Source of the DNA: the human T2T-CHM13v2.0 reference genome, Homo sapiens
Reading direction: 5' to 3' (one strand)
NCBI RefSeq assembly: GCF_009914755.1
Contig: NC_060940.1
DNA: 64,000 nucleotides
The notes beneath the pieces are model-generated. The model saw only the letters and a list, made by a program, of their open reading frames with translations, did no database searches and was not told where the DNA came from. Numbering within the stretch: the stretch's first letter is position 1; each line of letters starts with the position of its first letter. Shown here in pieces: positions 1-45,769 of this stretch. Both the position numbers and the translations under genes were made by a program.

Positions 1-39
1 GAGGTCAGGAGATCGAGAACATCCCGGCTAACACAGTCA

Positions 40-249
<210 letters not shown>

Positions 250-270
250 TCAATGTTTAAAAGTACCTAC

Positions 271-29284
<29,014 letters not shown>

Positions 29285-29644
29285 TGGGCCGAACTAACGC
29301 GACCGCTGCGCCTCAGGCCGGATGCCCAGCTCCTTCCAGCCACAGCCTCTGTCCCGGAAGTTGCGCGTGCCAGCGCAACCTTCAGCCAATCAGCGGCCCC
29401 GCGTGGGGAGGGCGTATGCTCTCGGCGGGCTAGAGCGCCGCTGAAACCCGCTCCTCGTTCTACTTGGAGGACTTGTTCCAGCCAGCGCTAGTGCGTGAGT
29501 ATAAGGAGAGACGGGAAGGACCGGCTCCATCCAGCCCTGAGGATCCCGAAGAAAGGGTGGAAACACCCTGGATGTGCTAAGCTGTGGCCGGGTACACTCA
29601 AGTGTTAATTTTTTGGAGTCAAAGCCTCCCTCAGTCAAATCGAA

Positions 29645-29740
29645 GAAACTGAAGCACTTGTGACTGACCCAGATCTTCACGGAGGAAAGGGGATTCGAAC
29701 CCGGCTGACCCAGGAGCCTGGGCTCTATACTCAGTGCAGC
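29645..29740 (-). mobile_element. MIR fragment carrying an intact Pol III B-box
   Basis: AAACTGAAGCAC...GGGATTCGAACCC; minus strand reads GGTTCGAATCCC at 29701-29690. Confidence 0.55.
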
Positions 29741-29877
29741 AGTCTCACAGACACCCAAGATAACGTTATCCTCACGGAAACGAGCTCGACGAAGTGACCT
29801 ACCTCAGAGCCTCAAGGCTATGGTGATGCTGGCATGAGAAACAACAGGAGAGTTACGAAGAGGTGTTACCCCCTTGA

Positions 29878-30201
<324 letters not shown>

Positions 30202-30604
30202 TAAAAGAGGAACAGGAGTCAGCCAGACCAACAAAAGAGCCACTGGCGTTCCAAGCATAGGAAACGGAGGAAACAGAGGCCAAAACCTCGGGACTGTGGA
30301 GGATGTAGAGGGAGAGCAGGGGCTGCCCCTACTCTCAGGGAGGGGAAAAGGTTGCAACTTTGGAAACTGTACAGGCCTATCAAAAATACAAAAATATCCA
30401 GCCTGGGTGACACGGTGAAACTCCATCTCTACAAAAAATTTAAAAAATAAAAATAATAAAAATTATCTGGGTGTGGTGGCACACACCTGTAGTCCCAGCT
30501 ACTCGGGAGGCTGAGGATTGCTTGAGCCTGGGAGATAGCACCACTGCACTCCTGCTTGGGCAACAGAGTGAGACCCTGTCTCGAAATAAATAAATAAGTT
30601 TTTA

Positions 30605-30946
<342 letters not shown>

Positions 30947-31049
30947 ATATGTATCTCTCTCCAGGAGTTCAAGACCAGCCTGGGCAACATATGGTGGTGC
31001 ATACCTGTAGTCCCAGCTACTTGAAAACTGAGGACGGAGGATCACTTGA

Positions 31050-31469
<420 letters not shown>

Positions 31470-32487
31470 TAAACATAAACCATAGCTCTGTTTTGCAACA
31501 GTGTAAAATCAGTAACTGTCTTTCCTGAGTCTCTATTTGGTCCTTACTGAGTTCCTTGGGAATGTTGGACAGGAATCATCTGTGTCTCAAGGACAGAGGA
31601 AATAATTGCACCGTAGCTCACAAAGATACTTCAAGATAACTGTTTAAATGAGAATCTCTTCTTCACTTCCAAGGGAAAGCAAAGCAAAAACAAAAAGCAA
31701 CAATAGCAAAACAGCAATCTGACAATTATCTGTTTTGTTTTGTTTTGGTTTGAGACAGGATCTCATTGTCTAGCCCAAGTTAGAGCGCAATGGCGCGATC
31801 ATGGCTCGTTGCAGCCTCGGGCTCCTACAGCTTATGCAATCCTCTCACCTCAGCCGCCCGAACCCACACCACCAAGCCCAGCTAATTTTTTGTATTTTTG
31901 GTAAATACGAGGTCTCACTTTGTTGCCCAGGCTGGTCTTGAACCCCCGGCCCAAGTGATCCTCCCACCTTGGCCTCCCAAAGTGTGTCTCCCCACCTACA
32001 CTCCCATTCTTTCCCTTAAAAAAAGTCTGAGTCTGGGTGCAGTGACTCACACCTGTAATGCCAGAGCTTTGGGAGGCTGAGGCAGGAGGATAACTTGAAG
32101 CCAGGAGTTTGAGACCAGCCCAGGCAACACAGCCAGACTCCGTCTCTACAAATAACACTTTTAAAAAACTTACCCAGGCATGGTGGCACGTGCCTGTAGT
32201 TCCAATTATTTGGGAGACAGAGGTGGGAGAATCACTTGAACCCAGGAGTTGGAAGCTGCAGTGAGCTATGACTACACCACGACACTCTCTGGCCTGGGTG
32301 ACAAAGCAAAATCTCATCTCTTAAAAAAAAAAAGGGAAAAAAAGCTTGATATGTACAAAATAATATGTTAATGTAAGTTATAAGAACATAATGGGCCAGA
32401 CACAGCGGCTCCTGCCTGTAATCCCAGCACTTTGGGAGGCCGAGGCAGGCGGATCACGAGGTCAGGAGATCGAGACCATCCTGGCTA

Positions 32488-32761
<274 letters not shown>

Positions 32762-33251
32762 CTAGGACAATTGACACTTACTCTGTGCTGCTCTCGGATC
32801 CCACCTTCTACCTGCTTTCCTCCCAAAAATAGTCACCATCATGATTTTTAAAAGTCATTTTAGTTTTCTTTGAATAATTATCATATTTATACTCCTAAAC
32901 AATGCACTATATTTACTTTTATTTGTCTTTGCATTTTATAAAGTTATCTCCATGCTGTATTATACTGCTGTTTGTTTTCAACATTATGCTTTTTTTTTTT
33001 TTTTTTTTTTGAGACGGAGTCTCCCTCTGTTGCCCAGGCTGGAGTGCAGTGGCATGATCTCCCGCCGTCCTCCCACCTCGGCCTCCCAAAATGCTGAGAT
33101 TATAGGCATGAGCCACCGCGACCAGCCTGAATATTCTTGTATCATGTCCTGATGTATGTGTACAAGTGTTTTTCTAGGGTGGAACTGTTGGGTTGGAGGG
33201 GGCACCAAAAGCTTTTAGGAAAGGAGAAAGGAACAAATTGGATATCTATGA

Positions 33252-33488
<237 letters not shown>

Positions 33489-33604
33489 TGATCTGCCTAC
33501 CTTGACCTCCTAAAATGCTGGGATTACAGGTGTGAGCCATCGTGTCTGGCTACTATTAGTTTTTCTATTTAGAAATTGTTCATCTGGATCCTCCCTACCT
33601 TTCA

Positions 33605-33909
<305 letters not shown>

Positions 33910-34157
33910 TCAAAACTCCCTCTCAAAAAAAAAGAGCAACTTTCTTGTCCACAGCAAAGAATCACTGGAAGCCATTTGATGCAATATGACCTCATCTCTC
34001 TAGCCAGTGTCGATTGGGTTACAGGAGGGCACCAAGAAGCTTTTTGAAGGCTGTGCCAATGTACACTTCCAGCAATATCTTCTTAAGCTTGAGTGCAGCT
34101 CCTTATTTTCCCAAAGCACAGCTAAGACTAAGGCTGCCAAGTTTTTAAAAAGATTTA

Positions 34158-34581
<424 letters not shown>

Positions 34582-35507
34582 TCAAATTGTCCTGTGGGCC
34601 AACTCATCTTGGCAGGATAAAAGCCTCCTTATCCAGTCTTGCCTTCCCCAGAGAAAATAAAGGGGGTGGGGGAGGGATAAAGAAAATTAAGACCCTCCCC
34701 CTCCAAAAAGAGAAACAACAAAAAGCATGCAAGGATTAACATGCTATCTGCAAAGTCACCACCCTGCCCACAGTGTGGCCTTTCACTTCACTGAGTAATA
34801 TATTGTTTGTAATACAACAATGTAATCAGCTTCTTCATTCCAGAACAAAATTTTGCTTTACTATCATCATATACCCAGAAGACCCATTAAACTGTTATTT
34901 CAAAACAGCAGCCTTTCCTTAGAGATAAATTTTACAGCTACCCCTAGAGTAGTTCTGTTGGCCAAAGCCTCTTAGCTTGCTAGTGAAAGAAACAAAGTCA
35001 AGCCAGCTTAAGCAGAAAAGGAGAATTTGTTCTGAGGATACAAATATATAGTAAGGTACCAAAAAAGAATTTATCATTGGCCAATTTGGATAAGGTGCCC
35101 TCCTGTAACCCTCCTGTAATCTAATCAACACTGTTAGAGAGATGAGGTGACAGTATACCAAATGGCTTTTGATGAATCTTTGCTGTGAACTAGAAGGGAT
35201 TAAGTTATGCTCAACTAATGGTTTGCAAATGGCTGAATGGTAGGGCGGATCCACACGAAAAATTTCTAAATAACAAAACCAATAGCATGTATCTCATTTG
35301 TCCTTTTTCCTTTCCAAAGAGTCAACAATTATTGTATGAGTCAATTATCTTTATAAAAACTACATTCATTAACACAAATGCAAGATCTCAACTATATATC
35401 TTTAGTTATATACATGTATACACATATATGTGTATGTATACATACATTATCCTCAAAGACAACTAATTTAGAGCGTTCCTCATCCCAGTATCTCAGAGAA
35501 ATACAAA

Positions 35508-35735
35508 GCAGTTTCTTAGATTTGGCATCATTGAGATTTTGGGCCAACCAGATACTTCTCTGTTGGGTGGGGAGGAGGCTGTTCTGTGAACTGTGGGATG
35601 TTCAGCAGCATCCCTGGCCTCTACCCAGTAGATGACAGTAGCACTCCTCTCCTCCCCACAGTAACATTCAAAAATATCTCCAGATGTTGCCAAATGTCCC
35701 TGGGGTACAAAACTCTTCCAATTAAGAACCACTGG
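35508..35735. mobile_element. MER20 hAT DNA transposon
   Basis: GATGTTCAGCAGCATCCCTGGCCTCTACCCAGTAGATG...CCAAATGTCCCTGGGG...AAGAACCACTG. Confidence 0.75.
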
Positions 35736-36861
35736 TATAAACAAGTCAGCTGGGAGTGGTGGCACACACCTGTGGTCCCAGCTATATGGGAGGGTGAGGC
35801 AGGAGAATTGCTTGAGCCAGGAGCTTGAGACCAGCCTAGCCAGAATCTCTGCCTAGCCTAGGCAGATCTCTACAGAAAAATACAAAAATCAGCCATAGTG
35901 TTGGTGTGCACCTGTAGTCCCGGCTACTCAGGAGGCTGAGACGTGAGGATCAATTGAGCCCAGGAGGTCGAGACTGCAGTGAGCTATGATCTCCCCACTG
36001 CATCCTGCAACAGGGACGCTATCTCAAATAGTTAATTAATTAATGGAAGAAAGAAAGAAATCCTAGCTTTGTAATTTACTCTATTACTTTGGGCAATTGC
36101 CTTATGTTTCCAGAACTTCAATTTTCTTATGTACAAAATGGGAATAACTTTTTGAGCTATTTTAGAGCTATCGTAAGGATTAGAGCACATAACCACAAAC
36201 CACAAAATATGTCACGGTGTACAGGACAGGGCAGGTTCTCCGTAAATGACAGTATTTGCCCATTTATTTTCCTGTAAATATGAAATATACTAGGATACTT
36301 GATGTGGTTACACTCAGGTGGAAACTGACCTATGAGGGAGATAGACAGATAGGCACGGTCTTTTTTGTTTGTTTGTTTGTTTTTTGAGACGGAGTCTCGC
36401 TCTTTCACCCAGGACGGACTGCAGTGGCACGATCTCGGCTCACTGCAAACTCTGCCTCCAAGATGCAAATGATTGTCGTGCCTCAGCCTCCCAAGTAGCT
36501 GGAATTACAGGTGTGCACTACCATGCCCAGCTGTTTTTTGTAGAGATGGGGTTAGTAGAGATTTGTTTAATAGAGACGGGGTTTCACCATGGTCTCTACT
36601 AAACCCTGTCTCTACTAAAAATACAAAAATTACCCAGGCGTGGTGGCACATGCCTGTAGTCCCAGGTACTCAAGAGGCTGAGGCAGGGGAATCACTTGAA
36701 CCTGGGAGGTGGAGGTTGCAGTGACCCAAAATCATGCACTCTAGCCTGGGGTCTCGCTTTTGCCCAGGTTAGAGTGCAGTGGCACAATCATAGTGGCTCA
36801 CTGCAGCCTCAAACTCCTGGGCTGAAGGGAATCCTCCCACCTCAGCCTCCCAAGTAGCTAG

Positions 36862-37133
<272 letters not shown>

Positions 37134-38299
37134 TGATCCACCTGCCTCGGCCTCTCAAAGTGTTGGGATTACAGGCATGAGCCACTGAGCCTGGCCTGGT
37201 GAGCTAATTTTTAAATTTGTTATAGAGACAAGAGTCTCTCTTATGTTGCCCAGGCTGGTCTCGACCCCCTGGCCTCAAGTGATCCTCCCACCTCAGCCTC
37301 CCAAAGTGCTGGGATTACAGATGGGTGTCACCGCACCTGGCCTCTGAGGAGGATTTCATTATAAACCTGCCCTGAAGGGAGGAAATCCAATTTTACGAGA
37401 GGGTGTAGCCTGGTGAGGCCTGGATGACCTCCGGAGGCAGGGGCTTGTGCCTGGGCTGAGGCCTAAGGGTCAATGGGCAGACATGAAGTTGCCCCAGGCA
37501 GAGGGTACAGTGTGGGCAAAGTCAGGAAGTGGCAGGGCTTGGATCACTCCAGGAAGAGAGAGGAGTCATGTGTCACAGGAGCTCGAGACCCAGAGAGGGA
37601 GGCAGGCAGGCAGGCAGGGACCAAGCTTGGGCACAGCCAGGAAGGCAGGACAGGGCATGGTGGGGCCAAAGGAATCATTACCCAAGACGGGGATTTTCAG
37701 GGAAACAGCTTAGATAAGGCCAGGTGTACAGTAGCTCCCACCTGTAATCCCAGCATTTGGTGAGGCTGAGGTAGGAGGACTGCTTGAGCCTGGGAGTTCG
37801 AGACCAGCCTAGGCAACATAGTGAGACCCCATATCCACAAAAAATTTAAAAAAGGAGTTTGTGTTCCTGTAGTAGCAGACTTGGGAGGTTGAGGTGGCAG
37901 TATCACTTGAGCCCGGAAGTTCAAGGCTAAAGTGAGCTGACTGAGCCATTGCACTCCAGCCTGAGCAACAGAGAGATACGCTGTCTCAAAGGAAATACAA
38001 ATTAAAAAACCAGCCGGGCATGCTGGCGTGTGCCTGTAGTCTCAGCTACTTGGGACGCTGAAGTGGGAGGATCGCTTGAGCCCAGGAGTTCAAGGCTGCC
38101 GTGAGCTATGATTGTGCCTCTGCAGTCCAGCCTGGGCGACAGAGAAAGACCCTGTCTCTTAAAAAAAAAAAAAAAAAAATCTTAGATAAGAGGATGCTGT
38201 GCCTCCCTGGGGGTCTTCAGTCACCCATGGTCCTGGCAAGAGAGGAGGGCCAGGAGAGAGCTTCACCCACCTGCTGTCCTGCCCATGTGACATCCGCAG

Positions 38300-38406
38300 G
38301 TGCTGCCATGGCCACGACTGTTGTTACACTCGAGCTGAGGAGGCCGGCTGCAGCCCCAAGACAGAGCGCTACTCCTGGCAGTGCGTCAATCAGAGCGTCC
38401 TGTGCG
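38300..38406 (+). pseudogene. Orphan exon of group X secretory phospholipase A2 (PLA2G10 partial duplicate)
   Basis: CAG|G TGC TGC CAT GGC CAC GAC...TGC G|GTGAG encodes CCHGHDCCYTRAEEAGCSPKTERYSWQCVNQSVLC, including the sPLA2 CCxxHDxC catalytic motif. No other PLA2G10 exon was recognised in the window. Confidence 0.9.
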
Positions 38407-38474
38407 GTGAGTCCCCAGCAGCACCATGCCACCCACCCCGAGTATCCCCTGGGCACCCTGGCATAGCCAGATGA

Positions 38475-38738
<264 letters not shown>

Positions 38739-39382
38739 TAGAGGTGGGGTTTCACCAAGTTGGCCGGGCTGGTCTCAAACTCCCCACCTCAAGTGCTCTG
38801 CCCGCCTCGGCCTCCCAAAGTGCTGGGATTACAGGCATGAGCCGTGGTGTCTGGCCCTAATGTGAGTGATCTTTAACACTGAGCACTTGAAAAAGAAAAC
38901 CCTGAAGAAACCTAATTCTTTGATGTCTGGATGACAAGGAAGAAGATAGAAATGGCATCAGATAATAAACAGTGTAAATGTTTATCAGAAAGAGGCTGGT
39001 GGTCGGGACAAGTAGGAGGATTGCTTGAGTCCAGGAGTGCATCTCTACAAAAAAGTTAAAGGATTTTTTAACATTGGCCAGGCGTGGTGGCACACATCTG
39101 TGATCCCAGCTACTTGGGAGGCTGGGGCAGGAGGATTGCTTGAAGCCCAGGAGGTTGAGGCTGCAGTGAGCTGTGATCGAGCCACTGCACTCCAGCCTGG
39201 GTGACAGAGCAAACTCCAGTCTCAAAAAAAAAAACAAATAATAATATTTTACATAACCAACCACTTCTAAAGATTAAAAAAACCCCTACGATTAAAAACC
39301 TCAGGTCCCTCAGGCAATCATACCAGATATTGAAACAAAGCAATAACATAAGGACTGCAGTATTCATTTTATTTTTATATTA

Positions 39383-39392
39383 TTTATTTATT
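39383..39392 (-). terminator. Poly(A) signal(s) of the NPIP transcript
   Basis: Overlapping AATAAA hexamers on the minus strand just past the VNTR. Confidence 0.7.
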
Positions 39393-39408
39393 CTTCGTTA
39401 GTTTCTTC

Positions 39409-39665
39409 AGATTATCATCCACTGAGGGTGGAAGGGGAGTGAGCAGACACACTTGGGAGGTGTCTTGAGATTATCATCCGCTGAGGGTGGAGCTGAGGGT
39501 GGAAGGGGAGTGAGCAGACACACTCGGGAGGTGTCTTGAGATTATCATCCGCTGAGGGTGGAGCTGAGGGTGGAAGGGGAGTGAGCAGACACTCGGAGGT
39601 GTCTTGAGATTATCATCCGCTGAGGGTGGAAGGGGATAGAGCAGACACTCCGCAGGTGTCTTGAG
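39409..39665 (-). repeat. NPIP C-terminal coding VNTR, 4 units
   Basis: Units starting AGATTATCATCC on + at 39409, 39468, 39539, 39607; lengths 59, 71, 68 and 57 bp. Confidence 0.9.
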
Positions 39666-39809
39666 GCTCAGGGAGTTATCAGTTATAGAATGTTGTTGAG
39701 TTGGAGGAGGTGGCTGGTGGCCCATCCTGTTTTTTAAAGTTTCAGCTGTGAGGTAGGGCCAGCAGGGCAATCCTGAAGAATGACGATGCTCCGCTGCCGC
39801 CATTCTGAC
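39474..39809 (-). CDS. NPIP terminal exon 8 (coding part)
   Basis: [36 protein letters not shown]...SSTLSG*, TGA at 39476-39474. Confidence 0.85.
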   Translation of the reverse strand, partial: VRMAAAEHRHSSGLPCWPYLTAETLKNRMGHQPPPPTQQHSITDNSLSLKTPAECLLYPLPPSADDNLKTPPSVCSLPFHPQLHPQRMIISRHLPSVSAHSPSTLSSTLSG

Positions 39810-41165
39810 CTGTAGGGCCAAAGGAGGGAATGTTTTCACACATATTCATTTGATGGACAAAATTACCGCCACCAACACAGTCTGCACCTTCTGTTGCTGG
39901 TGATAGATTTTTGCACCTTTCCATCCTCCAGGTTTCAAAATAGCAGTATCAGTGTCATATCACCCTTCCACTGAGTACTGCCGACAGCTGGGGGGTAAAG
40001 AAAAGTCACTGGGACACACTGTTGTCTCCACATGCCACTGTGTCTGTCTGCAAATGTAGGCAGGCTGGGGTCCTGCCCCAGGGAAGACAGAGTCATAACA
40101 GAGTAATAAAGAAGCATGTTTGAGACACAGGAGTGTCTATGTCTATCCTCATTCCTCCCTCACAGCCATCACCAGAGCATGTTTCTTGCACCAGGTCAAC
40201 AGACAGTAAGAGACAGTAAGAGAGGCATGAAAAGCCCATTGTCCACACATGTTGCAGCTTCTTTTTGGAGAATGTTTTCCAGGCCCTTTATGTTCTGTCT
40301 CTGATTCTCAGAACTCTGCAAGGTCAGTGTGACCACCCTGCTCCAAATCTAAGAAAACAGAGGTTTCCAGAGGAAGGAGAAATTGTGCCCAGGGTCACAC
40401 AGCTTGCAAGAGGCAGAGTGGAAGTTGATTCCAGCTCTGCCTGCAGGACCCTCTCATTTCCCCTCTGTTTCCCTTCTTGACAAAGGATCTTCTTCACTCT
40501 GGAGGTGCCACCCATGAGAACAAAGAGCTCTGGAGAGATGTGGATTCCTGAAGAGCTGCAGGGGAACTGGGAGAGGGTTTTCTGACAGAACAATCTTACC
40601 TCAAGAAGTCAGTTAGGCATGGCTGTAATATTTCTTTTCACTCCCAGGTAATACCAAATTGTAAGTGCACTAGGACATAAAGAATACTTTTGTCCATGGA
40701 AAAATGAGGTGGGAATTCTAAACAAAGCAAGTTTTAAAACTGTGTTTCACTTCAAGTGTACAAGTCCCATCGCGTGTAATCATAGGACTCGGCAGCTTTT
40801 GAAGGTACAGAGGCCACACAAGAACCAGCTTAGCTGAGCATCATTTAAGGCCCTCATTTGGAATTGTCCCTGTGGGTAATAAGTTACATTCACTCTTCAC
40901 TAATTTACAGTCAGGGCCCATTTGTTATTACAAATACGGAACCTCTGACACTTAGAATATTAGATGGGGGCCCCACTGGGTGGGGATGAAGGTGTTTTTG
41001 CGCAACACGGTTACCAACAGGGATGGGACTGTGATGCTTGTAGGCAGCCTTCCTCTCTGCCATCTCCCTCTGCAGGGCTTGAGCACAGAGCCGTAGGGAG
41101 AAAAATGTATCCATGTCCTGACCTGGCAGACTATGTCCAAAAGCAAGGAAAACAAGCAAACTTAC

Positions 41166-41201
41166 CCGGTTGCAAAGAGGCTTTCTTGCAGAAGGGGTGA
41201 T
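41166..41201 (-). CDS. NPIP exon 7
   Basis: ITPSARKPLCNR. Confidence 0.9.
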
Positions 41202-41310
41202 CTGAAAAAGCCAACACATGAGAAATTGAATGTTGAGAGAGTCTAAGGGCCGTGGCATCATCTGCATCAGCACTGAACTATCCTGCAACTGCGGGGAGGA
41301 AGCTCCTTAC

Positions 41311-41371
41311 TTTGCATCTGTAGTAGTCCTCTGCCCGCCGCCGCAACGCTTGCGCACGTTGAAACATTTCC
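41311..41371 (-). CDS. NPIP exon 6
   Basis: [20 protein letters not shown]. Confidence 0.9.
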
Positions 41372-41618
41372 CTATGGATTACAATCACTTTCATCAGATA
41401 AAGCACCACTTTCAGGATGATTTTAAATAATCTGCCATGTTTCTGTTATCCTCACAACTGTACCCTTACACAATCTATCTCTACCTAGAAAACGTATTTC
41501 AGATGGCTGTAAGAGTACAGTCTGAGCCGGTCACGGTGGCTGATGCCTGTAATCCCAGCACTCTGGGAGGGCGAGGTGGATGGATCACGAGGTCAGGAGA
41601 TTGAGACCATCCTGGCTA

Positions 41619-41879
<261 letters not shown>

Positions 41880-42380
41880 TTACTGCCTGCTGACTTCTGA
41901 GATGATAGTTTCCTTCCCCATTCTCAGTATATCCCTAATTCATCCTTCATTGAGCATCTTTTATCATAAAGCTGTATTCTCTTTGTATTAATATCTTTAC
42001 TGTGTTTCACAGGGCAGAAACAGCTGGGCTTATAAACAGGCATAGTCCTTTTGAAGGATGTGGTTGATCCTACAACAACACACTTTCCTAAGGATGACAA
42101 CAACTCACCCCACCCCTAGAATGGCTGGTATGAACCGAGTTTCCACACAGTCTAGCTGGCAATGGGGTCAGGAGCCGTTTTGCTACTTCACATCTTTTGG
42201 TCACTGGTAAATATTAAGGTGCTTTGTTTTCTGTTTTGTGAACTCTCTCTCTCTCACGATATGTCTTCTGACCATTTGTTTCTATTTCTGCATTTACTGG
42301 GTCTAAACATTGTACAAAGGTTAAAAACAACACTCCAATGGGCGTTTCCCAAGAGGGTGGGGTTCAGTTTCTGAACTCAC

Positions 42381-42488
42381 ATGTAGGTGTGTATTTCTTT
42401 CATATCCAATTTCCCATTTTCCTCTGCCTCTGACACCTGCCTCTCCTTTTCTCCGTGCTCACGTTCTTTCATGCTTAGTTTCCTCAGA
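42381..42488 (-). CDS. NPIP exon 5
   Basis: [35 protein letters not shown]. Confidence 0.9.
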
Positions 42489-44446
42489 CTAGAAGGGAGA
42501 GAAATGCACACACATGATCCACCAGCCCGTGTGGGATTCCCTCTGCCCTTCTGGCATCTGAAGGCTGATTCAAAGATCCCCCCTGCAACCTTCCCACAAA
42601 TGAACCAACTGATTCTCACAAGCAAAGGGAGAATGGACACCTCCCATTGAGGGACAAAAAAAAAATCACACTCTGGCCTGCTGGCAAGTCACCTGTCATT
42701 TCCAGCTCATCTTCATAGTTCCATAGTTAGTCCTATTCTTTAGTAAATATAAAGACTATTAAAAGCTTCTATGAGGTGCACTATGTGTGTCTCTGGGGTC
42801 AGTCTTGTGCTTGACACAGCGAAAGCTCATTTTAGTTCAGTGTGAAAAACCAGACCTCACCAATTCATCACAACTAACTCCATCGGAAGCAGAGGATTGC
42901 TCCTCATCTGACTCCTCCTGTGTGAGACCTGATTCTCAGTCAGAGGCTGATGCTGGAACTGAGACCATCAGCCATAGAGAGATCCTTCCAGAATATGGTG
43001 TCATTAACCCCGCAGTTCACTACTGCACTTTGCCATGATTCAGGACTGGAACTCTTGTCATCGACTTTAAAGATCCTGAAAAGGCAATCTGAATGCTGGG
43101 CGCATCTATTGAATTAGAAATGATCGGAATGGCTCCTAAGTCAGGGTGTCATGTCCTGAAAATAGGTGACAACTGCAAACCATCCACCCTGGTGTTGACT
43201 GACTTTAACAAGGTTCAGTTCACAGAGATTGAGGGCAGAAAAAGGAAATGGCCTCAAAAGGGTAAGTTTGCTGTGTTGCCCTCACACCACTTGATTCATG
43301 GTCCTGATCCTAAGGATCTCACCTGATACTTGGTTTTATAGGAAGGATGTATAAAATTCCCAGAACGCTAGGAAACAGGGACGAAAACACTTCAAAGAGA
43401 AAGTTAATGAACTTGTTTCTGACCACAGGGCATCCTTCAGCACATGCTGTCTGGAGTGGCCTCAAACAAGGAGTGTGTGGTGAGGTGCTGACAATGCAAT
43501 GGGAGCAGGGTCCTGTCCCCACGCTAAAGAAGCTCACAGTTTAATGCAAATGAGAAGCCAGTGAGGACATCACTACTCCTGCTGTGCACTTGGGAACTAG
43601 AAACACAAAACCTGACTCTGGAGGGAAGCTAAGGAAGCATTCTACTCTTGAGTTGACATAAGTGCATCTGAAGCTTCTGATCTCCGATGAGAACAATGGG
43701 GGACACCAAACAGAATATAAAACCCATGATTGAATACATCAAATTGCTAACATGGCAGTAAACAGACATGAGGTGAAGATGGAGAAGAAGGAAACCCAGG
43801 ACGAAAGTCAGCCTCGCATTTGGAACCCATTTCCCTGAGTTTCATTGCTGAATTCCAGAAGGAACTACTGAGATGCAAAGAAGCACAGCAGCTTTTGCAC
43901 ACATGCGTGGGGTTAGATGGAAAACAAGTGGATTGAGGGTCTGCCAATGAAAGCGACCCATACTGAAGTCCACTGGCTCTGGTTGAGACCCAGAAGAGTC
44001 ATGCATCAGAATAGAGGTGGACAGGAAATACCTTGGCCTTTGTAGGGACTGAGCCTGCACCGACGACCTCAATTGCAGCCTGTATGGAGGACCCCTGACC
44101 ATCCCCCAGAAGTAGACTCCCATCTCTTCTGCAGCAAGATAACATGCTACTAGGCCTCAATTCATTGCTAAATATTTTTTAACAAGTATCTCACATTTAA
44201 CAAAAAAAGATCAGTCATATGGGCAGCAAAATACAATGTAATATGACCAAAACATGAAAGACTGTGAAAATGAATCTGGAGGTGACCCAAGCATTGAATT
44301 CAACAATCCAGGCTGGGTGCGGTGGCTCACACCGGGAGGCTGAGGTAGGCAGATCACCTGAGGTCAGGAGTTCAAGACTAGCCTGGCCAACATGGTGAAC
44401 CCGTCTCTACTAAAAATACAAAAATTGGGCTGGGCACGGTGGCTCA

Positions 44447-44935
<489 letters not shown>

Positions 44936-45461
44936 TCACGCCTCTAATCCCAGCACTTTGGGAGGCTGAGGCGGGTGGATTACCTGAGGTCAGAAGTTCG
45001 AGACCAGCCTGGACAACATGGTGAAACCCCATCTCTAGTAAAAATACAAAAATTAGCTGGGCGTGGTGGTGGGCACCTGTAATCCCAGCTACTTGGGAGG
45101 CTGAGGCAGGAGAATTGCTTGAACCCAAAAGACAGTGAGCTGAGATTGTGCCATTGCACTACAGCCTGGGCAACACGAGCAAAGCCCCATCTCAGGAAAA
45201 AAAAAAAAAGAGAGAGAGAGACAAAGGAAAACCAATGCCAGTACTAGCAACTCCTCTTCCCCTGAAAAAATGACAAACAAGAATGTAGGAAGGGAAAGGA
45301 ATTATACAGCTTAAACTAATGAAGCAGAAAGGACAAACTCAATTTTGAACCCACTGAATTTGCCACAAATATTGTAGAAAATATTCTCAAGGACTTTACA
45401 GTTGTCTACTTTGATTGGCACATGGTTCATACAACAGTATTTGTGTCAAGGCACATCTTAC

Positions 45462-45606
45462 TGTTCTTTGGCGGTCTTCCTCTTTCCATTGATTTTGTCA
45501 TGACGGTTGACTTTTGTTGTCACCTTCATCTTACGGATTTTAGCTCGAACCTTGGTTTCCACCTGTCTCCATAAAGTAAAGATGTCTTCCAGGACAATTT
45601 TAATTC
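45462..45606 (-). CDS. NPIP exon 4
   Basis: [48 protein letters not shown]. Confidence 0.9.
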
Positions 45607-45769
45607 CTGGAAAGGAAGAAACTCTTTTCTTTGTGTGCATACAAATGGACTTCAGCCCTTGGTGAGAGTGAGGAGAGGAGAAGGTGAGAAACCTGAGGGC
45701 AAGAAGCTGTTCTTTCCCTTTCCAGGGCAAACTCATTTCCACACTATGGGGACTCCAACAGAACCATAC

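Noticed and set aside
29660-29740. tRNA gene suggested by GGTTCGAATCCC
   Set aside because: No cloverleaf or clear A-box; the context is MIR-like
39409-39665. CRISPR-like regularly spaced repeats
   Set aside because: Eukaryotic coding VNTR with no unique spacers
42787-43038. Plus-strand 83-aa Ser/acidic ORF
   Set aside because: Non-ATG start and no recognisable homology; it is the antisense of the candidate NPIP cassette exon
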